Source: Salpingoeca rosetta | Lineage: Eukaryota > Protista > Choanoflagellata | DNA: 64,000 nt | Assembly: GCA_033442325.1 (NCBI GenBank) | Contig: JAWQFM010000007.1 | Coordinates: 1,902,567-1,966,566 of the forward strand | Direction of reading: 5' to 3' | Part shown: positions 41,246 to 55,424 of the stretch, piece after piece | Layout of the letters: every line of letters begins with the position of its first letter | Position numbering within the stretch: position 1 is the first letter of the stretch | Program-made: the position numbers and the translations under genes | Notes under the pieces: generated by a model | What the model saw: the letters and a program-made list of their open reading frames with translations, nothing else | Told to the model about the DNA's origin: nothing | Database searches by the model: none

Positions 41246-43574
41246 GGTGTGTGTTTGTGTGTTGTCTTGTTGTGGTGTGCGTGTTGTATGTGTGTGTGTT
41301 TGTGTGTTGTGGTGTGTGTGTTTGTGTGTTGTGGTGTGTGTGTATGTGTGTTTGTGTGTTGTGCGTGTGTTGTGTGTGCGTGTGTGTTGTGTATGTGGGC
41401 GTTTATGGATTTGTGGATGGAGGTGCGTGTGTGTTTCCTTCACTCGCACCACCCAGCATCCCCCTCAACCCCAACACACCCACGCACTGACTCTGACGCC
41501 TGCCAAAGGTGGAGCACAACATTCAAGGAATCAATTGCATCCATCGGCCATGTGCTGCTGGTGCTGACGCCGTGGAGTGACCCCGTCCCACTGACGCGTG
41601 CGTGGTGCCTGTGGGAAATCTTCTGCAGCCTCAGCGGCGAGGGCGTGAAACTGACCATCCAGCTCCCTGAGGCAGAGCGCGCCTCACTTCGCACGGCCGT
41701 GATGGACGATTTCGACGCCGTCGTCGACACGCTCGTCCGCGTGCAGGCGGAGAAGGCGGAGGCCTGGAACCCAAAGGACAAGGAGATGATCTTCAAGACC
41801 ATCCAGGCAAGCGTTGGATTTGCACACCTCAACGAGAAGGTGAAGGACCAAATGCGATCGTGGTGCCTGCAGCATCTCGCCTCCCTGATTGACGAGGACG
41901 AGGCGGCCGGAAAGAGCGGCACGCGCGACTTTGTGCTGCTCTGCTACCAGGCTGGCACCGTCTTCTGGAACTTCAACGCCACAGACCTCGCCATCGCCAC
42001 GTTGACAAAGGTTCTGAAAAACAGCGACGCACTATCGGCCAGCGAGCGAGAGCGTAACACCATGGTTGCCAACACCTACAACCAGCTCGGCTTGACGTAC
42101 TCTGCGAAAAGGGACCTCTCCGCAGCAAAGAAGGCGTTTGAGCAGTCACTGGCCATCAAGACAGCCGTCTTGGGCAAGCGACACCCATCCACGGCCAACA
42201 CAATCGGCAACCTGGGCCAATTGGCACACCACCAAGGGCTATTTCCACAGGCGATTGCATATCACTTACAGGCCATCGAAATCAAGGAGGAAACGCTGCC
42301 ACCCAACGATCGCGAGCTTGTCCCCACCTACCAGAACTTGGGCATCGCGTACCGCAACACGCGCGAGTACGACAAGGCCATTGCTGCACTGGAGAAGGCC
42401 CTGGCCATCCAAAACATCGATCAAAGTCAGCATCCAACAACGGCGCAGGTGCTCGGCAATCTGGGCAACGTGTATGCTGACATGGAGCGCTACCAAGATG
42501 CCATTGCCTGCCAGTTGAAGGCCCTTGAGATCCTCACCACGACATTGGGACAGCACCCTGTCACGGCCAACATGCACGGCAATGTGGCAAACGCGTACCT
42601 GGAAACCGGCAACATGGCAAAGGCCATTGAGCACGTTACCACTTCACAGAAAATGCTTGAGGCGGTGCTGGGCCCAACACACCCAACAACGGTATGTGTG
42701 TTCCTGTAGTGTATGTCTGTGTGTGCATCTACGTGTCTACGTGTGTCTGTGTCTGGGTGAGTCTGTGTGTGTGTGTGTATGCTTGTTTGTGTGACTAGGC
42801 TTAGAGGCTTGTTATTTATTCCATTTGCCACGATAGTCTCATGACAAAGTGACAATCACCCTCCCACCTCCGCCACACATCCTCGCATCCCCCCTCCCCG
42901 CCCGCTCGATTGATTTCGCTCACTTTGCTCGTCATGCTTGCTCCAACCACACGGCGTGCTGACGCTTACCTGCCCGCTCTATATACACGTTGCACCATCT
43001 CCAGGCACAAGCCGTCTTCAACACGGGCATCTTGTACATGCGAAACGGGCACTTCCAACCCGCAGCAGAGCACATGGAACGAGCACTGACTGTCATGCTT
43101 GCCACGATGGGCCCACAGCACCCCATGACCAAGACAACACAGGCAAACTTGACATATGTGCAACGCTTAATGCACAAGCAGCAGCAGCATAGGGAGAGCG
43201 GTAACAGTGACAAGCACGCTGGCAGCGCAGCAAGTGCTGGGCGCGTCGGCACGTCACTACCATCGGCAGTGCTGACATGCGAGCAGGGGCTTCTGTTGCG
43301 ATTCTTGGCCAGAGTTGCCCCGACAACCATTGTCGCCACCGTCGCCACAACACATCCGCCACCACCTCGTGGTGACAGTGATGAACACCAACTGCTGCTG
43401 CGCTTCATCCTCACGCACGCAGCAGCATGGCAGGCAACAACCGATGCTGATGACGATGGTGATGGTGCTAACATGACGACGACACAGGAGCGGAGCAAGA
43501 CCACGACCATCCAGCCAGGAGTTGCAGTGGAAGGGCAGGTAAGGAAAACGCCCTCGTGCTGTACATTGATCTGA
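40850..43574 (+). CDS. TIR/HET-like domain + kinesin-light-chain-type TPR array protein; 3 exons
   Basis: IFVSHAW, FFWFDLFINNQ, PLTRAWCLWEIF, then ~42-aa repeats (GKRHPSTANTIGNLG, QHPTTAQVLGNLGNVY, GPTHPTT). Confidence 0.85.
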
Positions 43575-43593
43575 AGCAAGAGCAGCCGAACCG

Positions 43594-43667
<74 letters not shown>

Positions 43668-44168
43668 TAATGTTGGTGTACTCGCAGGAAAGAATACCTC
43701 CCACTGACCTCGGCAGTGGGTGTGCAGACATTGAATGAAAGACCGCAAGACGCACAGCAACGCAACAAACAGGGCGTAGGAGCGGAGGGAGGAGCAATCA
43801 ATCGCATACATACACTCGTGGCAACAAGAGACACGTGTGGGGCGCGGGGAGTTGTCAAAGTAATCAAACCGGGGCAATGAATGAAACACAACGTCCACAA
43901 GAATACGAAGAGCGATCACAAAACGACGAGCAAGCAAGCAAGCACAACCAAACGACACACAAATACACGTTCATGTAACGAATGCAAAGCAGAAATAAAA
44001 CGAATGGCGCAAGTGGATGGGGGAAGAGGGGAGGGGAGAAAAAACCAGACAATACCGACTCAGCGACAATACAGTCACGCTGTTGTCGACTTATTCTCTT
44101 GTCGCACAGAACGGCGGCGTGGTGCCTGCACATGTGTATGTGTGTGTGTGTTTGTGTGTGTATGAATG

Positions 44169-44206
<38 letters not shown>

Positions 44207-44352
44207 CGTGCGCGCGCGCGCGGGTGTTGAAAGGGGCCGCATGTGTGTGAGTTACAGATACATATGTGTGTGTGTGTGTGTGACAGATACAAGTGTATGT
44301 GTGCCACACTCTGTTGCATATTGCAGCAGCCCCGTGCCAGTTGCTGCGTGCC

Positions 44353-45562
44353 TTAGACAGGCAGCAGGCAACCCACCCTCGAAGCGACGACGCTGATGAT
44401 ATCGCCAACGGCCACAAAGCGGCCGTGTCGCTCGGGACACCGAAAATAGCGCTTGCCCTGAGGGAAAATGCGTACGTGCATGTGAGCGTGCATGTGAGCG
44501 TGCATGTGAGCGTGTGCGTGTGCGTGCGTGCGTGAGCGTGTGTGTGTGATGGCACATTGTTGCTGTGATGCAGGACCTTGAAGAGCCCGTCTGTGTCGCC
44601 AATGGGGTCGTCCATCTTCAGGCCCGCGTAGATGTTGTAGTCAATCACTTCGCTGTCCAGCCGGCCAACATACTTCACCTGCAGTTGGAATTGGTATTGG
44701 TGTTGGCAGGTGACGTAAGTTCGAGCGCGGGCGTGTGCTTGTTGGAAGCAGCAAGTGACCGAAGGATATTGCGAATTGGGTGTTGCGTATTGGGTGCACC
44801 GCCATCACAGGGACAGGGACATGCAGGCAGGCAACCGCAGAGAAGCCACGCACCACGCCAGTGTATTGTTTGACGACACCATCAACAAGAGGACCGCGAA
44901 CAAGGACGCGATCCCCCACCCGCACGTGGCTCGCAGCCGCGTCAACCTGTTTCAAAGGCGGGTTTTTTTTTGGGGGGGGGAGCGCGCGAGATGAGAAGGA
45001 GATGGATGAAGGTGTTGTGGTTGTAGTTGGTTGTCATTGCCGTTTGCGAACACGCACAAACAGAGGGAAACGCACGCACACACACACATGCATGCATGCA
45101 TACATACACACAATGCGAGACCATATCCGACCTCCTCAAGTTTGAGTTCCTGGTCGATGTTCAGCGGTTGCGACGCCATTGATCCGCGCGAAATAGGAGG
45201 AAACATCTGCACACACACATACACACATACACACACGCGCACACACACACACACACACGATGCATCATTGTGCGTGACGGAAAGAGATGAGAAGTCACAA
45301 ACCAGAGGCTTTGTTGTGTCTGTGCAGTAAGGGGCGTGCTGTCGCTTGCAGGCAAGCAAACCAAGGCACCCACCGGCTTCTGGGCCGTGCGCGACGTGCG
45401 GCGAGCGCCTGGCAGTGACCATGACGTTGGAAGAGGAGACCAGACATGGCGTGAGGCTTCATCAAGGACCACCTGGCGAGAAGGCAGTCACGAACGCGAC
45501 GGCCAAGGAACAACACACACACACACAGACACACACAGACACACACAGACACACACACACAG

Positions 45563-45595
<33 letters not shown>

Positions 45596-46577
45596 AGCAA
45601 ACAAGCGCACACTGACAGCGCACCTCTGCTTGGGGTCTTCCCCTGGTGGTGCGGTGTGCGCAGGGTGCCGTTGGTGTCGGGCGGGTGGTGGGCACCGCCA
45701 GCACTGCCGCGACGCGTTCGACCGCCCGTGGGCGATGAGCTGAGGGTGCGGCGGCGTGATGGTGATGCCTCCAGTGCGAGGGACGGGTCTGGCTCGGCCA
45801 TTTGCGCCTGCAAGTTTGTCGTTCGCTCCAAGAGCGTCTCCAGGATCTGCGCTCGCTTCTCGTCCTGTTGTTCCAACGCAGCAGCTGTTCACGGCAGAAG
45901 CGGGTAGTGGTGGTGGTGTCAATTGGTGTTGTGATGGCGGTGGTGATGATGGTGGTGAGTGATGGGTGCAACCGCCTTGCGCTTCACCCTTACACGAGTC
46001 TTGCGCAGTGGTACAGCCAAGCAGCGTTCACGCGACAATGATCACAACAACGACGACAATGACGAGATGATGATACTGGCAGAAGCAAAGCTGCACTGCA
46101 CCAACCTCTCTCTTGCAGAGCGCGGATTTGTTCGTTCTTCTGTTGGATGACCTTTGTCTTGCTGTCCAGGAACACCTTTGTCGTTCGATACAGCTAATAC
46201 CAGCACCAAAACACAAATTGCACACGCAAGCCAGTGAGAGCACAGAAACGAACACAGATTATCTTCGCGGTGTGCGGTGGTGCAAGATGAATTGGTATGT
46301 ACATTGTACATAATTGCGCGTGTGCGTGTGTATCTGTGCGTGCGTGTGTATCTGTGCGTGCGTGTGTGCGTGCGTGCGTGCGTGTGTGTGTGCGTGTGCA
46401 TGTGTGTGTGAGTGTGTGACGCACCTCTCGCTGCTCGTGGAGCTGTTCTCGCAAGCGGTCCATCTGTGTTGATTCCTCGTCCGCCTTCACCGTTCGCTCC
46501 TTGAGCGATTTGATCTGTGCGCGCGCCTGCTGCAGCGTCTTTGCTCGCTCATCTCCGAGCGCCTTCGCCTCCTGTCA

Positions 46578-46647
<70 letters not shown>

Positions 46648-47455
46648 GCACGCAGACGTTGGACGCAAGCGAACGTGGTCAGCGCTTCAGCCAGTACCTC
46701 GCACGTGGAAGCAAGCAAACAGCAACACGTGCCATTGCGGCAGTGTAAAAAATCGGTTACCTTGAGCTTTGCATTGAGGTCATCCACCGTTGCCTGGAGC
46801 GCCTTGATTTGCTCCGAGTCACGCGATAACGCCTTCGTTCGCTGCTTCAGCGTCTTCAACTCCGCTTCCTGCTTCTCACACTGCTGTCGGCTTGCCTGCA
46901 AGCAAGCCGCATGGCAAAGGAAGGGGGAGGGGATTGAGTTCGGAGCATGGACACGACTGAATATTGTTGTGTGTCTGTACACGCACGCACACACGCACAT
47001 GCATACGCTTGTCACACATGCATGTGTTTGAGTATACACGCGCAAAACGAAGCCTCATACCACCTCGACACCCCGACCTCCTGTCCTATTCCCGTGCCCT
47101 CCAGCACATGCGCACCTCGAAAGCGGCCTTTGTCTCGTTGAGTTCTGCCGTCACTGCCGCAGCCGTCGCCTCTGCCTGTGTCAAGCGCTTTGAGAGCGAG
47201 GTCACGTCCGCCTCGGCCTTCTTCTTCGTCTGCGCCAGCTGCTGCTCCAGCTCGTGTTTCGCTCGCAGCGCATCTGACAGCTCTTTCTGGTCCTGACCAA
47301 ATTGTGGTGGCAGGGCGTGGCATTGCGGGGTTGTCCATGTGGGGGGGGGGGGTGTGTGTGCACGTGAGCGATCAGTCACGCGTGCAAGCAAGCACACACA
47401 CACACACACGATTGCAAAACGAACCAACGCACAAGCGCAAAACGAACCCACATCC

Positions 47456-47498
<43 letters not shown>

Positions 47499-49316
47499 AC
47501 ACCGCCTACGCGACGTACCCCGCCTTGTGCGGTTGCGAGTGTCTCGCGCTCTTCCTTAAGTGCAGCAAGCTCCTCCTCTTGTGCTTTCACTTTTTCCTCC
47601 AACGCTGCAACCTGTTACCACAACCAGGGGCAGTGCGGGCGCGTGCGTGAGATAAGGAAAGCGTGTGCGGGTGGAGTGCAGATGCGTCGAACACCAAACC
47701 ACCACCGTGGACACTGCGGGCAATTCATCAACAAACCCATCCCTTAACCACACAACGCCACACACATACGCACACACACGCACGCACACACGCCTTGTCC
47801 TGTGCTTGTTTTGCTGCCGCAGCGTCACCGCCTTGCTTCTTCAGCCGCTCCACCTCCGCCAGCAGCTCCTGCAGCCGCTGTGCATCTGCCGCGCTGCTGC
47901 CCTCCACTGCCGACGGTGAAGTGGTGCAGAGGGGGGGGAGGGAAGGGGGGGGGGGCTGGTAGATGGGGGAAAGTGTTGAAGTGGCCGTGTCAGTTGGCGG
48001 AGGTGGTTATGATGCGGAGAGGAAACAGAGCAAATGGGAGCAGAGGGGGGGGGGGGGGTGGTTTGACCAGAGGCGATTGCCACATCATCGCCACCACCAC
48101 CACCACCACCGCCACGACGCCAGCAACAACAGCACGCAAGGACGTACCGACTGGCGGGACAACACCGCCCTCAGCCGCCTGTGCTGCCAGAATCACATCC
48201 ATGGGCACCTCAGACTGCACGCTCCCCGTCATCTTGTTCAGCCAGAACGTGCCATAGTGCCGCGAGACAAGGCGCACCCAATGGCCTGATGCGCAATTAA
48301 AAATAGGAGGGGGGAGAAGGAAGAGAGGGGACGGGGTAAGATGCGCTTGAGGTGGCGTGCAATTGATCACAGATGCAGGCGCGCACGCAATGCCTTTCAA
48401 AAAGAGACCCAAGCAAATCAATCAAGTGTTGGCAACATGCACAACGCGGTGTGTGCGCACCTGGGATGGGCTGTCGCCCTGCATAGAGCTGGGTGACGTA
48501 ATTGCGCATGAGTGGAGCAAGCGTCATGTAGTTCATGGTGCCTTGCTCATCAACAGGCGGGTGGACCTGCACTATTGCCTCCACTTCCTCGGCAGTCAGG
48601 AACAGCCCAAGCTGATCCGTTTGCAGCTGTCAATGCAAGGGAGAATGGTGGTGGTGGTGGTGGTGGCAGTGAGTGAGATTGGAGGTGATAATTGGTGGCG
48701 ATGGTGGTCATGGTGCTGATGGTAACAGTTGGTGGTGATATTTGTGGTGGGTGTGGGTGGATGGTCATAGTATCGACTGGCTGGCTGGTGCTCGGCGCTT
48801 TGTCAATCACATAAACTGTGAGCGTTCATACACGTTCTTCAGAAACCGTAACGGTGGTCCAACGACACCCCATTCTCCCGTTGCCCATTCCGCAACACCA
48901 CACGTACGTCGATGCAGAATGTGTTAAAGTCCACCAGCCCCGTGTTGGCTGGATCGCGCGACTGTTAAGAAAGCAAGTGTCATATGGACATGGATTGTGA
49001 TGACGAGCGAAGGAGCAATATAGGGTGCATGGGAAATCAACGCATGCATGACTGAGCCCACAGTAGGGTGCGAAATGGCAAAACATACGCGAGCGTGCAC
49101 CGAGCGCGCGCGCACACACGCAGACACAAACATAGGTGCACGGTCGTGCGTGCGTGCACGCATGCACACATACAACCATACACGTGTGCGTGCTCAACAG
49201 CAGCAACGGCAGCCGCAACAAACCATGAAATGTGAAGCAAACGCGTCTGCCACAATCTCGTCCTCGCTGCCCGTGTGCGATTCCGGCAGATCGTACTGCG
49301 CCTCCCCCGTCGCCTG

Positions 49317-49364
<48 letters not shown>

Positions 49365-50645
49365 CGGTCAGAAGCACGTCATAGAAATTGCTTTTCACAC
49401 ACGCAAGCGTGCGCGCACCACCCACCATCACCCATCACCACTTCAAACCTCCACGCGCGCACCTTGTTGAGGTACAAGATGCCTTCTGTGCGCGAGTAAA
49501 TTTCCAGCCAGTCCCCCTGTGTTGTGCTGCTTGCAGAGAGCTTCTGCACAAGCGCCTGCACAACGGTTTTCGGAAGAGAGATTAAGGGGGAGGGGAGATA
49601 CTCACGTGTGAATGGGTGCTGCAAACACGTGTTGCAGTGTGTGTGTGGGTGGGGGGGGGAGTCGCAAGTAACACAAATGCGTGCATGCGCGTATGTATGT
49701 GTGAGTGTGCGTGTGTGTATGTGTATGTATGTGTATGTTGTGTATGTATGTATGTGTGTGTGTGTGCTGTACCTCGCGTGCACGTGGGCCAAATTCGGCA
49801 TACTCGATGGTGCCGCTGCCGTTCGTGTCCACTAGATCAAACAACGCCTGTGGACGAAAAAGGATTGCAGGCAATCATCAGGAGTCACCATGAGTGGAAA
49901 TCGCAGCAATTGAAAGGGCGATGCCACGGAGTGTGCCAACGACTCACGGACATCCATGCGACTGCGCGCGCACACAAGCACACTCCCTCACGTAAACGCA
50001 CACGCACACTCCCTCACGTAAACGCATACACGTTCACACACACACACGTTCACACACACACACAATCACACACACACACACACTCTCTCTCTCTCTTTTG
50101 CTCTGACCTTGAGGTCCTCTTGGGTGAGAGAAACACCAAGTTGCTCTGGTGTGAAGACCTGTGCAAACTCCTCAAACGACAATACACCGTCACCGTCCTG
50201 ATCTGCCTGCTGAAAGTACTCCTGCAAGAGCATGCATACGCCGTCGTTCATTACCAGTCAGTCTTGAGCAACGGAGCAAGCACCTTGACCTGGTTGGTAC
50301 CAAGACCAAGGTGGATTGTGCGCGCGTACAAACACACACACACACATAAGCACACGCAAGAACACGCGAATTGCGATTCGCACCACACCTTTACACGTTG
50401 TACCACATGAACGAACCAGGAGCGTTGTTTCGAGTGGGCCCTGTTTCCTGGCCTGATCTTGCTCCGCAGTGATGACGTGCACCTCATTGCCTGCCGTCTA
50501 CCGAACATGGTCAAGCAATTGGAAAATGGGGGAACCATGCACGCGGCAGTGAGGGGCATGACATGATGCTGCCACTGGTGGCAAGCCCACAACAGAGACT
50601 AGCGTCCCGACGAGAAACCCATACACACTCATACATACATTCACG

Positions 50646-50679
<34 letters not shown>

Positions 50680-50862
50680 CACACACACACAAGACTGCCT
50701 CCCCCCCCCCACACACACACACAACCATAAATCAACCACAACCACAACGACAGACACACTTGCACTCACCACATGCACTGGTCCCGTTTGTGAGGCGTCT
50801 GAGTCCTGTTGTTGTTCAACTGTGTGCAACTGTGGCTGCGCAGGTTCCGGTGCATCGCTCAT
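44353..50862 (-). CDS. Multidomain protein: EF-hands, two WW-like domains, long coiled coil, C-terminal CAP-Gly; multi-exon
   Basis: DQDGDGVLSFEEF, DTNGSGTIEYAEF; WLEIYSRTEGILYLNK|ATGEAQYDLP and WVRLVSRHYGTFWLNKMTGSVQSEVP; VGDRVLV..VKYVG..GLKMDDPIGDTDGLFK|GKRYFRCPERHGRFV. Ends approximate. Confidence 0.75.
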
Positions 50863-51355
50863 GATGTCCAACTGCCGCCACTGTGCAAACCCCCTTCAAT
50901 CAATTCACGGTCACTGCACGTGTACGAAGCCCAGCGTCAGTTTCTTTCAGCGAACGTGAATGTGTGTGTATGCATGTAGGTGTGTATGCGTGTACGTGTA
51001 TGTGTGTGCATGTACGTGTTTACGAGGAGTTGCGTGCATTCCAGGGCTTGCAAGGCATGGCAACTGCAGGCACTGCACACAGCTCCACACTGCCATCCAC
51101 ACCAATCACACCACCTGCCTGCTGTTGTTGTTTGTTGTTTTGTGTTTGCTCGCCCCGTTTGCGCCTGCCAACCAACAGAAATGTTGTTGGAAATATCGCC
51201 ATTTCTCCACAACGCCTGTGAAGGTGTTGACGAAAGCTGTTTGCGTTGTGCAGACTTTTCTACGACAACGACGATCAGGCAACCAGCAAGAGAAGGACGA
51301 GGAGAGTTGTGACGAGAGAGCAAGAAGCAAGCACAACAACCACCCACACGCGATC

Positions 51356-53124
51356 ATGATGATGGCGGAGAAGCACCGCCAGCAGCACCAGCAGCACCAG
51401 CAGCACCAGCAGCACCAGCAGCACCAGCAGCACCAGCAGCACCAGCAGCACCAGCAGCACCAGCAGCACCAGCAGCGGTTTGCGCTGTCTGCACGAGCGG
51501 GTCGACAGCTGTTGGCAAATGGGCGGGCAGAGGCAGCCGTGCCATACCTGCAGCAGGCGCTGCGCTGCTTGCTTGATCCCGAAGAAGCGCCAAGAGCAGT
51601 GGCAGCATCATCCTCGCCGTCGTCAGGCACTTCCCCTTCCCGCGCCAACAACAACAACAACAACATTGACAAGAACGCGACGAGCGGCAACTCCGCCTCA
51701 GAGGACGAGCAAACGTGGGCAGACCAAGTGGCAGTTCCGAGACGCTGGACGGAGCACGAGGCAAACAAGCAGTCACCAGGTCATGGTCCCACCACCAACA
51801 GCAGCACTGCAGTGACGGAGCACGATCTTGATCAAGCAGAAAGTCAAGAGGGCGGAAACAAAGGCGATGGCAGCAGGAAACCCCAAAAGCGGGAAAAAAG
51901 GTCGTCAAAGAAGCGATCCAAACGAAGGTGGACAGGGACACTCAGGAGGCTGAGCCACGGGAGCCACGGCAGCCACGGCAGCCATGACAGCCACAACAGC
52001 AGCAGGGGCAGCAGCAAAGCCAGCATCGACAACGACAAAGATAACATTGCCGCCTCTGTGGAAGATGGCACAGCCACCACAGCTGCAGGATCTCAAGAGC
52101 TGCAAGAGCTTGGACTGCATCGGCTCCTTGGACAGAGCTTCCTCGCGCTCGGCAACCCGCAGATGGCAGGGCAGCACCACGAAGCGGAGCTGAGGATTGC
52201 AAAGGAGATGAACGACCCGCTGCGCACGGCGCTGGCGTACGGGAACATGGGCAGCGTGTTCGCGTGCCTGCGATCGCTCAACGAGGGCATCAAGTGCTTT
52301 GAGAAGCAGCTGCAGATTGGTGAGCTGCTGAAGCACAAGCGACTGCAGCTGCTGGCCACAGAGAGCCTCGGCAACGCATACCGCCAGGCGTGCCTGTCCA
52401 CGGACGAGGCGGATCTGCAAGCGACGTACCTTCGTCAAGCAGAGGCGTATCTCGGGCGAGCCGCGGTGCTTGCACGCAAGGAAGGGCGGCACGCGCAGCT
52501 GGCGAAGATCTACGGCCGACTTGCCTCGCTCTGCGAACAGGCGCACGCGCTTGATCGCGCCGAGCACTGGCACAAGAAGCGGCTGCTGCTTGCCGAGCAG
52601 CGCAAGGACAAGGCCCTCATGTCCCGCACCCTGTGCAACCTGGGCAACGTGTACCGTGCTGAGGACAACCTCGCCCGTGCGCTGCGCTGCTACAAGCGCG
52701 ACATCAAGCTGTGCAGGAAGGCCGGTGATCGGCGCGGCTTGGCCATCACATACTACAACATGGGCACGTGCTATCAGGCAGCTGGCGACGCAGACAACAC
52801 GCTGGCATCCCTCCGCCACCACCTGGCCCTAGCGCGGGAAATTGGGGACGAGGAGCAGCAGAAGGCATCCCACGTGCGGCTGGGGCACGTGTGCTGCGCG
52901 GCCGGCGACTACGAGACGAGTCTGCAGCACTTTCACGAAGCAGAGCGCATGGCTGGTGCCACCGGGGACGCGCGTGTGTCGCAGCTTGCCAGCGATGGCA
53001 TTGCGGACGTGACTGCACAGATTGATGCGGGCAGGAAGCGGCTCACGTCCAAGGAGGTGGCAGCACGGTTGGCGCAGGTGCCCGAGGACCAGGCGCCAAC
53101 CATGCACAAGAGGTGTGTGTGTGT

Positions 53125-53218
<94 letters not shown>

Positions 53219-54943
53219 GTGTTTGTGTGTGTCTGTATGTTTGTGTATGTTTGTGTGTGTACTTGTCTGTGTGTCTGTGCGTGTTTGCCTGCTTGTTTTC
53301 CTGTGTACTTATGTGCACTTGTTTGGTTCCTCGTGTTCATCCTCCCCTCTTCCCCCTCGCCTACCATCCCCTCCCCCACCTCTCACGCACGCTGACTCAT
53401 GATGGCTGCCAGGACGATTCGAGGCACCATCTCTTCGCGTCTGCGCCGCCGCCGCCCCAGCATCGCTGCGCCCGCCGCCGATTTCACCACCGCAGGGCCC
53501 ATCACCGCACGTGCGTACACGGCAGTGTCGTGGTGGCACGCTGCTGCTGGTGGTGGTGGTGGGGGAGATGTAATGGTCGTGTGTTAATGTTATTGGTGGT
53601 GCTTGTGGTGTGATGCAAAGTGCAGTCGGGGGAGGGTTGCGCATGTGTTGTAAAGGCGCCATGCATGCTTTGATGCAGCGAAGCAAGCACGCTTTGAGTC
53701 GCTGTGTGAGTGTGCATTCGCCGGGTTCTCGTTTGTCAGCTTGCTTACCCACCACCCACACCAATGCCTTGCTCCCACTAACACGCTCACGCGCACACAC
53801 TTGCACACACACACATGTGCACACACACACACACACTTGCACACTTGCACACACACACACACGCACGCACGCACACACACACGCACACGCACACACACAC
53901 ACACACGCACGCACACACACGCACTTGCACACACCATCGCAGGTGCTCCTGCCCAGTCCTCAGTACAACAACAACCACCACCGGCAGCGTCGTCGTCGTC
54001 GTCCGTGCTCGTGCCGCCAGACGATCCAGGCATGTGCATATCCCCCGCCCCGTCCGCTGTCACAACAACAACAACGACGACGACGACGACGACAGCGTTC
54101 ACCTCTGCCGCAACATCGCCCACGCCATCTACCGCCACGCTGACGACAACACCCGCCGCGTCCACGGCAACGACAGCACCGCCGGCCGCCGACAGCACCA
54201 GCGAGCCTGTCCGCCTGCGCGGGGCGAGCGCGCGCGTGAAGAAGCGGCTGTCACAGATGTTTCTTCGCCGTGGCGATGCTGCCCTGTATCTTCCCAGCCG
54301 CGCCTCCACCCTCGGCCCCGACGCAATCGCCGCCACCGCCAACACTGCCACCACTGCCACCGCCACGGCGAGCAGCAGCAGCAGCGGGGGCGATGGAGGC
54401 ACATATGAGGCTGGGATTGAGCTGGATGACCTACGTGTGGGCGGCGGCGATGTAATTGATTTGGAGGAGTTGGCACTGGCGCTTGCGCAGCTCGACGGGA
54501 GCATTGCTGCCGGGGACAAGAACACGGGCGGTGGTGTTGGCGGCGGGGTGGTGGGGGATGATGCAGGACAGCACGCGCACACACAGCGGCACAGCGCACC
54601 TAACAGTGGCGAGAGGGGTGAGGGGAATGATGACGACGATGATGATGATGATGACATTGATGATGGTGACGACATTGATGGTGCCGATGCCAGTGATGGG
54701 CGAATGGGCGTGGATCCAGCCCACCGTGCAAAGAGCCAGCAGTTGTTGGCGGCACTGACACGCCTTGAATCGTCCTATGGCCAAGCAGACAACGATGACA
54801 ATGGTAACAATGGTGATGGTGATGATGGTGGGATTGTTGTTCGACGGCGGCGACGCGGCACGCTGACACGCGAGAACCGAGCAGCAAAGACAAAGTCGTA
54901 CCAGCTGCACGACTACGGACTGCAGGATGAGCTCAGCATCTGA
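51356..54943 (+). CDS. TPR protein resembling the GPSM1/2 (AGS3/LGN/Pins) or TTC28 TPR array, with low-complexity C-terminus
   Basis: [26 protein letters not shown]; [20 protein letters not shown]; LCNLGNVY; YYNMGTCY; repeated leucine-glycine-asparagine TPRs. N-terminal (QQH)n. Confidence 0.75.
51380..51475 (+). repeat. Coding 9-bp repeat (CAGCAGCAC)~10 encoding QQH
   Basis: Directly visible; perfect at DNA level. Confidence 0.85.
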
Positions 54944-55361
54944 TGCGGTGTGAGGTGGTGTTGAATGGGATGTGCTGCGACATGTGGTGGGGTGCGTGGC
55001 GTGATGCCACGTGGTTTGATGTGATGTGGTGCACCATCAAGCCGTTACTAGAGGGCGTGATTGTTGGGGGGTGGCTGCACCTTGTCCACCAACATGCGGC
55101 GGTCGTTACTCAACTTCTAGCCTGTGTATATTATGTCATGTTATGGACTTTGTGTATATATACAACTGTGACAGCATGTGACGATTCAGGCTGTCGTGTT
55201 GTGGTGTTGTGCTCACCGTTGCTTGCTATTTGCTTCGTTTTGTGCAAACCAACATGTCATCCGTAAACTTATGCCGTCACTTCCCATGTATGCCTTGAGG
55301 GGTTCTTTTGTGTATTCTTTTCTTCTTCACGCATGTGTGAAACTATCTCTCCTCATACACA

Positions 55362-55424
<63 letters not shown>

